Below are positions 42,847 to 54,082 of a stretch of DNA of 64,000 bases, in pieces (position 1 is the stretch's first letter; every line of letters starts with the position of its first letter). A program made the translations under genes and the position numbers. Below the pieces are notes generated by a model. That model was not told where the DNA came from, ran no database searches, and was given only the letters and a program-made list of their open reading frames with translations. This stretch comes from Blastocladiella emersonii ATCC 22665 (lineage: Eukaryota; Fungi; Blastocladiomycota), in NCBI GenBank assembly GCA_025594325.1, contig JANHCV010000006.1:1488001-1552000 (forward strand), in the 5' to 3' direction.

Positions 42847-44729
42847 ATGTACCCGAACCAGCCGCAGCAACAGCAGCAACCGTATCCGACGCAGCCGCCA
42901 TCCGGCTTCACGTCGCGCGGGCCGTCGCCACCACCGCTGGTCCACCCGGTCCCGGTGCCCGCGTCGCGCACCGCCGTGACCGCCGCCGCCGCTGCGGGCG
43001 GGCCGGTCCAGTCGCACCACACGGGCTACGCGCCCGCCGCGACCCCGGGCTACACGCCGTCGCCGTCCTTCTCGCCCATGCCGCAGGCCCCGACCCCGCA
43101 GTACCACGCCGCCGCCCACCAGAACCAGTACACGGCGCCGTACCGCGCGCCCTCGGGCCCGCCCTCGCTGCAGGGCTACGCGCCCGTCCAGCCGCCCGCC
43201 AACCCGTTCTTCGGCGGCGCCCAGTACGCGCCCGTGCAGCCCGGCACGCGCCCGGGATCGGGCCAGTCGACGCCCGGCGCCGCGTACGGGTCGGCCGCCT
43301 CGCTCGGCGGCGGTGGGTACCAGCCGTCGCCCTTCAACCCGACGACCAACGCCGCGGGCGTGCCCACGTACCAGCCCGTGTCGACGCCCGCGCCGCCCGC
43401 ATCTTCGCAGTATGGCGGCGCGTCTACGGCGGCGTACCCGCCCGCGTCCCAGTCGCAGTACAACCAGGGCGGCTACGGGTCGTCGCCTGCTCTCTTCACG
43501 CAGCCCCAGCAGCAGATGCAGCAGGTGCCGTTTCCTCAGACCAGTCCCTTTCAGCAGCCACAGCAGCAACAGTCTTACCAGCAGCAGCCTCAACAGCAGT
43601 CGCCGTACCAGCAGCCCTACCAGCCCCAGCAGCAGCAGCAGCAACAGTTCCAGCAGCAGCAGTCCCAGCAGCAGCAGTCCCAGCAGCCGCAACCGCAGGT
43701 CGGCCAGGCGTTTGCCCAGGCGTTTGCCCCCTACGTCAACGACCCCGCCGCCCAGATCGGCCTGCAGCTCGGGTCCAAGGCCATGGACGCCGGCCAGGCC
43801 TACGTCAACCAGAACGTGCGGCTCTTCTTCTCACGCTCGTGGCTCGACGGACCTGTCTCACACCCACCCCGTCCACTCCACAGCTCGGCCGCTTCGTCAA
43901 CGTGCCGCACCTCAAGTTCTACTTCAACGTGTCCAACTCGTACGTCCTCAACAAGCTGCGCCTCGTCATGTTCCCGTTCCGCCAAGGGGTACGTTGTCTT
44001 AGTTGTCTCATCCGCATGCATCGCCCACTCACACTCGTCTTTCCGCAGCACTGGCACCGCATGGTCCGCCGCCCCGACGGCATGGACCCCAACGTCCAGT
44101 ACCAGCAGCAGCAGATGATGATGCAGCAGCTGCAGCAGCAGGGGCAGGGTGTGGGCGTGGTCCCGCAGATCACCGAGTTCCGGCCGCCGCGCGAGGACCT
44201 CATGTCGCCCGATCTGTACATCCCCGTCATGGCGTTTGTCACGTACGTGCTGCTGATCGGCGTCGAGATGGGCACGCGCAACAAGTTCCACCCGAGCGAG
44301 CTCGGCATGACGTCGTCGACGGCCTTCTTTCTGGTGCTGGCCGAGGTGCTGCTCGTCAAGCTCGGGTGCTACCTGTTCTCGGTGCAGACGCAGGCGCCCA
44401 TGCTCGACCTGCTCAGCTACGCCGGGTACAAGTTTGTCGGGATCATCCTGACCACGCTCGCCGCCCTGGTCCTGCCCGCGTGGGGCTTCTGGGCCGCGCT
44501 CGTCTACACGTCGCTCGCGACCGGCTTCTTCTCGATGCGCTCCATGAAGTACATTGTGATCCCCGAGGCCGCCGTCACCACGACCACCACCCACATCCCG
44601 CAGCGCCGCCGCCGGCTCAACTTCCTCCTCGCCGTCGTCGGCCTCCAGATCTTTGCCGCGTGGCTCCTCGTCCCCTGGGCCCGCGCCCCGGACGCGACCA
44701 TCCCCGCCGGCGAGGGTCTCCGCCGCTAG
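42847..44729 (+). CDS. YIF1: YIF1 (Yip1-family ER-Golgi transport protein) with a long P/Q/Y-rich N-terminus
   Basis: Introns 43816-43883 and 43989-44048. FNVSNSYVLNKLRLVMFPF, PREDLMSPDLYIPVMAFVTYVL and DLLSYAGYKFVG motifs. Confidence 0.92.
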
Positions 44730-45370
44730 TCGCCCTCTCCCCTCTCTCGCTTCTCGATTCCCTCCCCTTACCCACAGTTCCCTCCTCCCGCGAATGTATT
44801 CTTACCGCGCCACCGTCACCGTCCTCCCTCGACGCGCCGCGCCGCGCCGCGTTTGAGCCAGCCTCGCGACCGAGAGATCCACCCGCTGGGGTCCCTGTCT
44901 CACGGCCCTCCTCTCGCACGCGCGACGTCGCACAGCGCGAGTCCACTGAACTTGATGCAACGGCCGCGACGAAGATGCAACACCTCGAAACACGGGTTCT
45001 GCCGACGTGAAGCGCGCGCGCGCTCGCCGTCGCCGTCGCGCCCTGTCGCCTACAACAGCGACCGCCGCAGCGACGAGGCCCGCGACATGGCGAGGGCGGC
45101 GTCGTGCTTGGGCCCACGCGCTTGCTGGCCCCGGCTCCGTGTGATTTCTTGCCCTGTTCCTCCGTCTGGGGCCTGCTGCCCGGCAAACGCCAGAGAGCGC
45201 CGCGGCGGCGGGTCCAACAACGTGTGGGCGTCGCTGGACCCAGGTTTCGAACAAACCGCCGCCCTGCCTGGCCGAGCCGGGTCCTCGTTCGCCGTCGATC
45301 TCGCTTCTCCTCCCCCGCTCCTCGCACGGAGCATCAACCACTACACTAGAACTATAGGCCCGCTACTGCC

Positions 45371-46465
45371 ATGTCATCGCCCAGCGGCATCGCGTCCTTG
45401 CCGAGCCCGATCGACGGGTCGCCGTCTTCCTCCTCCCCGAGCGCCGCCGCGCCCTCCATCTACCACGACGGGATCACCGAGTTCACGACGACGGTCGCGG
45501 ACGTGACGACGCGCGACATGCTGGGGATCATGGGCGCGAGCATCGCCTTCAGCACGGCCATCTTCGTGTGGGCCGTGACGCGGTGGCTGCGGCTGCGCAG
45601 CAACTTCAACCTGGCCGTGGTCCTGCTCACGCTCTTCTTCATCATGGGCGACGTGTACTACTTTGCCGCGCTCGCGGGGGACGTCCTGCACCCGTACCTG
45701 TTCGAGGTGATCCGCGGGTCGACCAGTTTGATGGCGGCGACGCACGTCTCTGGTGCGCTTCATCATCCCCGATACATGACATCACACGGCACAGCGCTAA
45801 CGAACGTGAACGACGCGCACCGCGTAGGCCTCTCGCTCTACCGCTTCGCCATCTTCCAGGAAACCACCTTCGCCAGGTGGTACACGAACCGGCTGCGGAC
45901 GTCGCTGCTGGCCGTCAACTACCTGCTGGCGCTCGCGTGCAGCGTCTTCCTGCTCTTCACCTACTTCTCGCCGACCACGGAGCCGCACAACGACGCGCGC
46001 CGCCCGCTCGCGCTGTCGGCGATCCTCGTGTGGACGGTCCTCGTCGACGTGTCCATCATGGTGCTCACCTTCATCTGCGTGCTGCAAGTGCAGAAGCAGA
46101 TCGGGTCGAGCTACTCGGAGCACCGCGCGAGCATCGTGCAGGTCCTCATCACGCTGGTCCTCATGGTGCTCGGCGGCGGCACGGGGATCCTGATCTTCAT
46201 CCAGGACGGCGGGTACTGGGGCGGGTCCCTAGGCGGCGTGTTCGCCCGGTTCTACGTCCTCGGCGCCATGTTCGTCTGGTACCAGATCGTCGCCATCGTC
46301 CGCGGAACCAACAGCCAGGCCGCCGCGCTTCGGAGGTCCGCGTCGTCGGCCGTTCGCCGCTCACCTTCGGCTTCCGCGCGCAAGTCCGCTGGCAGTAACG
46401 CGAGTCAAGGCGGGTCGCGCGTTGCGGCGAAACCGGCAACGGCACAAGCTGGTACGCATGCCTGA
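45371..46465 (+). CDS. 7TM receptor-like membrane protein, unrelated in sequence to the 9.8-12.8 kb pair
   Basis: 75-nt intron 45753-45827 (GTGCGC...GCTAAC...GTAG). After splicing: seven hydrophobic segments, YRF at the end of TM3 and a Ser/Ala/Arg-rich tail. Confidence 0.7.
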   Translation: MSSPSGIASLPSPIDGSPSSSSPSAAAPSIYHDGITEFTTTVADVTTRDMLGIMGASIAFSTAIFVWAVTRWLRLRSNFNLAVVLLTLFFIMGDVYYFAALAGDVLHPYLFEVIRGSTSLMAATHVSGALHHPRYMTSHGTALTNVNDAHRVGLSLYRFAIFQETTFARWYTNRLRTSLLAVNYLLALACSVFLLFTYFSPTTEPHNDARRPLALSAILVWTVLVDVSIMVLTFICVLQVQKQIGSSYSEHRASIVQVLITLVLMVLGGGTGILIFIQDGGYWGGSLGGVFARFYVLGAMFVWYQIVAIVRGTNSQAAALRRSASSAVRRSPSASARKSAGSNASQGGSRVAAKPATAQAGTHA

Positions 46466-46793
46466 TCGGCGCGTTGGCGTTGTGGACGTGGACTGACATG
46501 AACGTCGCGTATCTGTAGCGAGCCGGTTTGGCTGACATCAGGCATCAGATCACCACGCGTCGATACCCTGCACGCGCGCGCAGCGGCAGCAGCAGTAGCA
46601 AAAAAGTAAACCTTGTTTGAATCATGCACATAGACGGACCCGATTTCATCCTGCATTCGTTCCGATCCCAGCAACGTGCGTCATGCAAGGTGGCGGCGGC
46701 GCCGAGAGCAACGCGTTGCTTTCGCTCGCGTTGTTGATCGCTTCTCCCCTTCTCCCCGCGACCAGCACCTGCAACGACATCAACACCACCACC

Positions 46794-47335
46794 ATGGCAT
46801 GCATGCATCTCAATGAACTCCTCGCAACACGCTCGGCTAAACCCTGCCCGCGTCACAGCACTCTGGCGTCGCCGTCTCGTCCGACTCGCTCGCGGCCTTC
46901 GAGGAGCTCAAGATGGGCCACCACGCGACGCTCGCCGCGGCGCTCTTCAAGCTCGACTCTTTCCTGTCCTCGATCGTCGTCGACAGCGTGCACTCGGGCC
47001 TGTCGTACGCCGACTTCCTCGCGCTCCTCCCGCGCGACGAGTGCCGGTTCTGCGTCGTCGACTTTGAGTTCGAGGCCGAGCCCGGCATGCTGCGCGACAA
47101 GCTCGTCCTGATCGCGTGGGCGCCCGACGCGGCCGATGTCAAGGATAAGGTCGTCTACGCGACGTCTAAGAACTACTTCCGCAACCAGCTCGACGGGATC
47201 ATTGCCGAGGTCCAAGCGACGTCGCTTCACGAGGTACGAATCGGCGCGGTGTCGGGTGGAAGAGAGGGCGGGACTGACGCGCGACGAGCGTAGGCGGCGC
47301 ACCACGAGGTCCTGTCGCGGCTCATCCGGCTCTGA
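46794..47335 (+). CDS. COF1: Cofilin/ADF
   Basis: ATG, then a GC-AG intron 46797-46858, SGVAV...FEELK, ECRFCVVDFEF, KLVLIAWAPD and KVVYATSK; second intron 47234-47293; TGA at 47333-47335. Confidence 0.88.
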
Positions 47336-48211
47336 GAGCGGGGAGCGCGAATGTACATGTTCTGAACGTCCATCGCGTGCGACCATGAGCGTGAGGCGAT
47401 GCGGCATGCCCAACAGCGCGACTTTCGACGCGAACCAGCGCGTACTCCGAGCCGTAGCTCGCACTGCAGTCACGGTGTCGTGGCCACGTCTACTTGCTCA
47501 AGGGTGAGCACGACCAGCTTCGACCACGCTGGTGTGTGCGCGGCTCGCGAAGGTCGGAAAGGCTTCACCGATGGATCGTCGCCGCCAGTCGCGTCGCTTC
47601 GCGCCACGTCCATCAACGCGACCACGACGCGGATCATTCATCATAGTGCACGCGCGCGTCGGCTTCGAAGGCGGAATGCGCGGACGAGGGCGTCGTCGTC
47701 ATGATTCGGTGCACAGTGTGAGCTCACCCGCTTCGACTACGAATGCTTGCTCCGCCGCAGCGCGACGCGGTTCAAGCACACGCTCGCTTGTCATTGAACA
47801 ACTTAAGCGAGATGCGAGATGGGAGCGGGAACCAGTAGCTATCGTGTGGCCGAATCGCGCTCGCCGCGAATCATGAAGTGACGGTGCAAACGGCCCCCGC
47901 TTGCGCAGGTGGCTTAGCAGCTTTGGAACTTCATGACTCGCGCTGCGGCTGAGCCTCGCCCATGAGACGCCTCGCGCCACATCCCACATCACAGATCGCC
48001 TTCGTCCCTTGCGCATCCCTGCCGCCGCCGAGCTTTAAGAAAGGACGGGCCCCCGCGCCTCCATCTCGCGCTCTCCATCCCTGCTTCTATACACAGACGT
48101 TGTTCGGTAGACCGACCGCTCGGGTTGACCTCGAGTCCCATCACCCTCCATCACACCAACGTCCTTGCGCCGGTCGCTTCCCCCACCTCCTCCTCTAAAC
48201 CCATCCCTACA

Positions 48212-49372
48212 ATGAACCCCAAGACCGTGCTCTTCGCCCTCCTCGCCGTCGCCGCGTCGACGACGTCGGCGCTCCCCGGCGGCGCGCCGGCGTGCGCCAT
48301 CAACGAGGCCAAGATCACGTCGGGCATGGGCGCGCCGCAGGGCGACCGCCAGTTCAAGCTGTCTGCGTCGACGACCGAGTACGAGCCGGGCAAGCCCATC
48401 ACTATGAAGGTGGTCTCCGACAACGCGGCGACCAAGACGTACAAGGGCCTGCTCATCTACGTCGAGCCCGCGGGCGACGCCAAGAAGCGCGTCGGGTCCT
48501 TCAAGATCCCCGAGGGGTTCAAGTCCAACGTCGACAAGTGCGGCGCCCTGCAGGTCACCTCCGACACGGACGCGGTCGTCACGCACTCGTCGCCCGCCGA
48601 CAAGCCGCTCGGCGCCGAACTCGTGTGGACCGCCCCCGCCAACGCCATGGGCGAGCTCACGGTCCGCGCCGTCGTCGCCGGCGCCGGGCCCAAGAACTGG
48701 CAGATTGTCCAGACCGTCACGCTCAAGCCCAAGATGGGCGGCGGCGCTGGCGCTGCGCCCGCTCCGCCCGCCATGGGCGGTGGTGGGTACGGCTCGCCCG
48801 CTCCCCCGGCGCACGGCGGCGGCTACGGCACACCCGCTCCCCCGGCCGCGGGCGGCAACGGCAACGGCGGGTACACGCCGCCCATGGCCGGCAAGCGCAA
48901 GGTGTGCAAGAAGTGGCGCAAGAAGACGGGCGGCGGCAACGTGGCCCCGACGCAGCCCGCCGGCGAGGGCGGCTACGGATCCGGCGGCGCTGTGCCGACG
49001 GCGGCCCCCGCCCCGGCTCCGGCTCCGACCCAGCCTGCTGGTGAGGGCGGCTACGGCGCTGGTGCGCCGCCCGCTGCTACGGCTCCCGCTGCTGACGCGC
49101 CCGCGGCCACGCAGCCTGCTGCCGACGGTGCTGCCGCGCCCGGCTCCCCCGGCTACGACAACAAGGACAAGCCCGCTGACGGTGCCGCGGCGGCCCCTGC
49201 CCCGCCCGCTGAGGGTGCGGCTGCCGACCCCGCTCCGCCTGCTGAGGGTGCCCAGGGTGCCGCGTCGGCTGATGGCGGCGACGTTGCCCAGGCGTCGTCG
49301 GCGTCGGGCATCAAGTCGTCGGTCGTCACGGTCGGTGCTGCCCTCGCGGCCGCGGCGGTCATGCTCATGTAA
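48212..49372 (+). CDS. Secreted, probably GPI-anchored reeler-domain protein
   Basis: Signal peptide, PGGAPAC, YKGLLIYV, VGSF, VTHSSP.DK and WTAP (reeler pattern), Gly/Pro/Ala stalk and hydrophobic C-terminus. Confidence 0.8.
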   Translation: MNPKTVLFALLAVAASTTSALPGGAPACAINEAKITSGMGAPQGDRQFKLSASTTEYEPGKPITMKVVSDNAATKTYKGLLIYVEPAGDAKKRVGSFKIPEGFKSNVDKCGALQVTSDTDAVVTHSSPADKPLGAELVWTAPANAMGELTVRAVVAGAGPKNWQIVQTVTLKPKMGGGAGAAPAPPAMGGGGYGSPAPPAHGGGYGTPAPPAAGGNGNGGYTPPMAGKRKVCKKWRKKTGGGNVAPTQPAGEGGYGSGGAVPTAAPAPAPAPTQPAGEGGYGAGAPPAATAPAADAPAATQPAADGAAAPGSPGYDNKDKPADGAAAAPAPPAEGAAADPAPPAEGAQGAASADGGDVAQASSASGIKSSVVTVGAALAAAAVMLM

Positions 49373-49713
49373 TCTGCTCCTGTTTCCTACTTCATATACA
49401 TTTTGACTCGGTTTTGCATCTACTCTCGGCACGTCTTGATGAAAATCTGATCGAGGTGCGAGACATCAGGTGAGGCCCACGTGCGGCGGGAACGCGTTGC
49501 GAGACGCGTGCGCGCTCCGGCGTGTCTCCCACCACGCGTCACCCACCGCGCGCGTGCGCGACCGCGTTCCCGCCGCCGCGCCCGTTGCCGCCGCCACCGA
49601 TAATACAAGGGCACGTCCTCTCGCTCACACCCGCGAGTGCCCGAAGCGATAGATCCGCGGCCTGCAGCTCTCCACCGACCACCAACCGAGTGCCGCAGCT
49701 CCAACCACACACA

Positions 49714-51546
49714 ATGACCGCCGCCGACCCCGCGCAACCCGGTGCGGGCGTCCCGCCGCCGCAGCCGGCCTCGCAGATGCAGGCGCCCGTGTCGCAGATC
49801 CAGCCGGCGGCGCCCGCGTCGCAGGTGCAGCCCGATCGCGCGGGCTCGACGTCGCAGCTGCACGCGCCGCCGTCGCAGTTGCACCAGCAGATCCCGCCCG
49901 ACGTGTACGCGACGCTGACGACGCGCATGAACGCCGGTGCGGCCTCGGCGCCCGGCGCGCCCGAGACCAAGGAGGACAAGTCGTACGGGTTCTGCCTCAA
50001 GATGGTCTTCTTCCTGCTGTGCATGGCCATGTTCGCGATCCCGCTCGGCCTGCTGTACGGCCGCGAGGAGCGCATCAACGCGCGCGCCGAGAACCTGCTC
50101 CGCTTCTCGCCGCCCGCCGCGACCGCCGCCGGCGGGTACATTTCGGCCCAGATCAAGGTCACCAAGGTCGACCTGCTCCAAGGCACGTCCGAGGTGATGC
50201 TGACCAACGTACGTTCTCTTGCGCACGTTTTCGCCGCCGTGTCGAGTGACCGACTGACCTTGCTCGACACGTACGCGTAGATCCGCCCCTACGGCAAGTA
50301 CGCGGCGTCGCCCGGCTCGCTGTTCCTCGCGCGCGACACGTACATTTTCGTCAACGGCAACCGCGCGCACCTTCGCGCCGACGTGCCGCCGGGCGACCGC
50401 AAGCTGACGATCGAGCACCAGTCGGGCAACGTCAACGACTACCCGTTCGACTCGCACTCGCTGCGCATCGGGTTCTACGCCATGACCGACAAGTCCCTGG
50501 CCGAGACGCTGGCGGCGACGGCGACCAACTCGTCGCTCAAGGGCAGCCCGTTCATCCCGCTCGAGTGGGCCGTGTCGACGCGCCAGCCGTACGCCATGGA
50601 CGCGGTCGTCGACGGGCCCGGCGGTCTCCCCGACGTGGGCGTCAACAACCTCGCCCTCAAGGTCCGCCGCCGCACCTCGACCAAGCTGTACAGCGCGCTC
50701 ATGTTCAGCACCATGTGGGTGCAGTCGCTCACGCTGCTCGGCATGACGGTCCTGCTCATCATCTACCGCAGCGAGGTCAACCCGGGCCTGCTCGCCCTCA
50801 ACGTCAGCTTCCTGTACATTCTGCCCGCCCTGCGCGCCTCGCAGCCCATGGTCCCGCCCGTCGGCACCCTCGCTGACGCCCTCGGCTACTTCTGGAACCT
50901 CACGCTCCTCGCCCTCTCGTTCATCGTCCTCACCATCTACATGTGGCTCAAGAACCGCACCGAGGCCCGCCAGCGCCGCGCCCGCCGCGCCAAGGCCGCC
51001 ATTGAGGCGCACCTCGCCCAGATCGCCGGCGCCGCTGCCGGCACTGTGCGTCCTGCCACGGCCCCCGCCGCCATCTCGACCAGTGGCGCGAGCACCGGCA
51101 ACCTCGCCCCGCAGCTCCCGCCCGTGCCCGCGCTCATGTCGCCGCTCGGCGCCGAGTACTCGGGCAACACCGACGAGTACGGCACCATCAAGGCCTCGTC
51201 GCTGTCCGCGTCGGCCTCGATGGCGGTCCCCGGCCGCGGCTCGCTCATGTCGACGCTGGCTGTCGACCCGCGCGCGGTCCCGCTCCCGGCCTCGCACATC
51301 CACGAGGACCGCTCGGTGCCCATCAACCCGAAGCGCCCGCTCACCGGACCCGGCGCGATCCGCACCTCGGCCGTCATGCTCGACCTACCCGAGGAGGTCG
51401 CTGGGTCCATGGACACGGGGCTGCCGATCGGGCCCAGCGTCGAGGTCTCCGAGGACTCGGCCGGCGCGGTCCCACCCACGCCCATGCCGCAGGTCCCCGC
51501 GACGCCGATGCCCACGCCCGTGTCGCCGCCGGCTCCGGGGCAGTAG
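49714..51546 (+). CDS. DUF4436-like membrane protein (N-terminal TM, beta-rich ectodomain with YPFD, three C-terminal TMs)
   Basis: 72-nt intron 50209-50280. GNVNDYPFD, RRRTSTK, LPALRASQPMVPPVGTLADALGYFW match my recollection of DUF4436. Confidence 0.7.
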
Positions 51547-52014
51547 GAGGTGGGTTGTTGGGAAGGATGGGGGGAAGAGGCAGCTGGACTGCGGGTTCTT
51601 GTTTGACTGAAGTGTTGCGCTGATCATTGAGTAGCTTTGATATTATACACCCGAGTCTTCCTCCTTGAGCTCGTAGAAAACGTGAGATACGGATCGCTTC
51701 CTTGACGCGACGACGCACGCTGGACGTGGCCAGCTCGCGTCGCGGCCGCTTCCTGCTCGCTCAATCGCTTTCTCTCAACGCATGCGCGCGTGATCCGCTC
51801 AGTGTCTCGCAACCGCCTCGCACAGTTTTCGAAGCGTGTTGAAATGTCTCACACACGCGCGCCCTCGGGACGCGACGCGACGCGTTGCGCGAGACGCCAC
51901 GCGCGGCCATGGCCACGGCCACGGCCACCCCCACCTTGGGCTCCCGCTGTCAAACCGCCATGGATCAGTTCCCCGGACTAGGAGCTCTCTGAGTGCACCG
52001 CCACCACCGCTGCC

Positions 52015-54037
52015 ATGTTAAACTATGTGATCGTGATCGGCCTGAGCGTCGCGCTGCTCGTCGACCATCTGCTGCCGTACTACGGGACGCAGCGGTTCCT
52101 GACGTCGTCGTATGCGGCCACGGGACTGTCACTGATCGCCACCTACGTCGCCGATATTCTGTCCGACCTGTACGCGCGGAATGCGCTGGCGATTGTGCTT
52201 CGAGGCACGACGCATAATGGTGTCGTGACGCAGCTAGTACGCGCTCCATCCACGTCAAGGCCTGGACCGCGGTGATCTCACGCAAGCGCGAGCCGTGTAG
52301 AGCTTCGCGGCCGTCAACGACGGCGTGCTGTCGATCGCGAAACGCACGGCGCAGGAGATCCGGTCCGCGGGCCTGAGCGCCATTGAGCGTGCGCGCCTGG
52401 TGCTCGTCGCGTCGGCGGTCCTCGCTTGGCTGACGTCGTTCATCTGGGGCAACCTGTCGGCCAACTTCGTGGCGGACACGATCCTGCCGCTGCGTTCGAC
52501 CGAGACGGCGAAAGTGTGGTCCATCGACCCGTCCAACCCGTACGGGTTCGACGCGTGCAGCAGCGCGCTGCTCAACAACACGGTGCAGTTCAGCTACGCG
52601 ACGGGGCCCGTGGTCCCGCTCGGGTACCTGCTCGAGGAGCTGTACGCGTCGACGGTCGTGGACGCCGAGCAGGCCGTGCGCAACGCGACGGCGCGGTACC
52701 TCGACGATTTCGTGCACGTCACGGCGAACGGGACGCGGTTCGCGGCCATGATCCCGCCGACGCCCACCAACTACACGGTCTACAATTCGACGCTGCTCGG
52801 CGTCAACGTGACGTGCGCCGTCAAGATGGGCGACAAGAATATGGGCAGTTTCGCGAACGCGACTGCCGCGTCGATGCCGCGCGCTAACGCTAACCTACCC
52901 GCGGGCTACCTCAGCATCGTCAACCAGACGGTCACGCTGCCGCGCGGGTTCACGCTGCTCAAGGTGCTCGAGCCCGCGACCATTGCCAAGGCCAACACGA
53001 GCACGGACGTCATGGCGCTGCCCAGCTGCTCGGACGGCGTGTGCCAGGCGTTCACCAACGACATGTTGTTCGCGCTGCACTGCGGCGTTTCGGCGGTCGC
53101 CCTCGACGCGACCATCACCAAGGGGATCCCGGCGGACGTGCTCGCCTCGCTCGGCGCCGCAGCCTCGGCGTCGGACCTCGCCAACGCGCAGCGCACGTCC
53201 GTCGTTGTGCGCCGCGTCGCGCCCGCGCCCATGGTCCCGGCGTTCCTGCACAACGTGTTCACCGGGTGGACGTCGGCGCTGCACTGGTCGTGGATCGCAC
53301 GCGGGTACCGGTTCGTGTATAACGGCGATGCGTACGTGCTGTCGACGACCGAGACCCAGGTCGCGCGCGATTACGAGGTGGTGCTCGCGTACGCGGCGCT
53401 CGGGCTCGCGTACCGCCCGCACAGCTACAACCTCACGGCGAACGCGGTCAACGGGACCGCCGGGTGCGGGACCACCGTGCCCGCAGGGAACGGCAGCGCG
53501 GGTGGGAAGATCCGCGCCACGACGCCTGCGTACGTCGTCACGTCCGACAGCGTGGTCCTGACGCGCAACCTGGCGCAGAACACGTACTACTGGCCGATCG
53601 CTGCGTTCGCCGGCATCGCGGGCGTCCTGTACGCCGTCCTGTTCCCGCCCGTCGCCGTCCTCCCGTGCGGGATCGGGACCATGCGCCGCGGGTACAAGCA
53701 GGTCAACCCTGAGGCCAACGGCGGCCAAGGCGAGGATGTCCCGCAGCACGTCGTCCTGCGGTCGGCCGTCGCGGCCGGGTGCCACGGGTTCGTCGACTCG
53801 CTGCACCGCGTCCTCCCGCCGCCCGAGGCTGGCGCGGACGCGGGCAGCTTTGTCCTGCAGCCGCTCGTGTCGCCCGCAGCTGCGGCCAAGGAAGGTGACA
53901 AGGCGGCGGAGGCGGCCGCGGCTCCGGATATCAAGTTCATCCTCAAGTCGTCGTCGGCCAACGGCAGTAACAAGGCGGCCAAGACGCAGGCGTCGGTCGC
54001 GCCCGCGAGCCAGGCTACGGCGCCGCACTCACCATAA
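52015..54037 (+). CDS. Hypothetical multi-pass membrane glycoprotein
   Basis: 64-nt intron 52237-52300 joins 52015.. to 52325.. in frame. N-terminal hydrophobic segments, a large region with many NxS/T sites and a late TM (YWPIAAFAGIAGVLYAVLF). Confidence 0.75.
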
Positions 54038-54082
54038 ACGTTAGACATCAATAGAAAACACATCAACTGTACTGATTCACAC

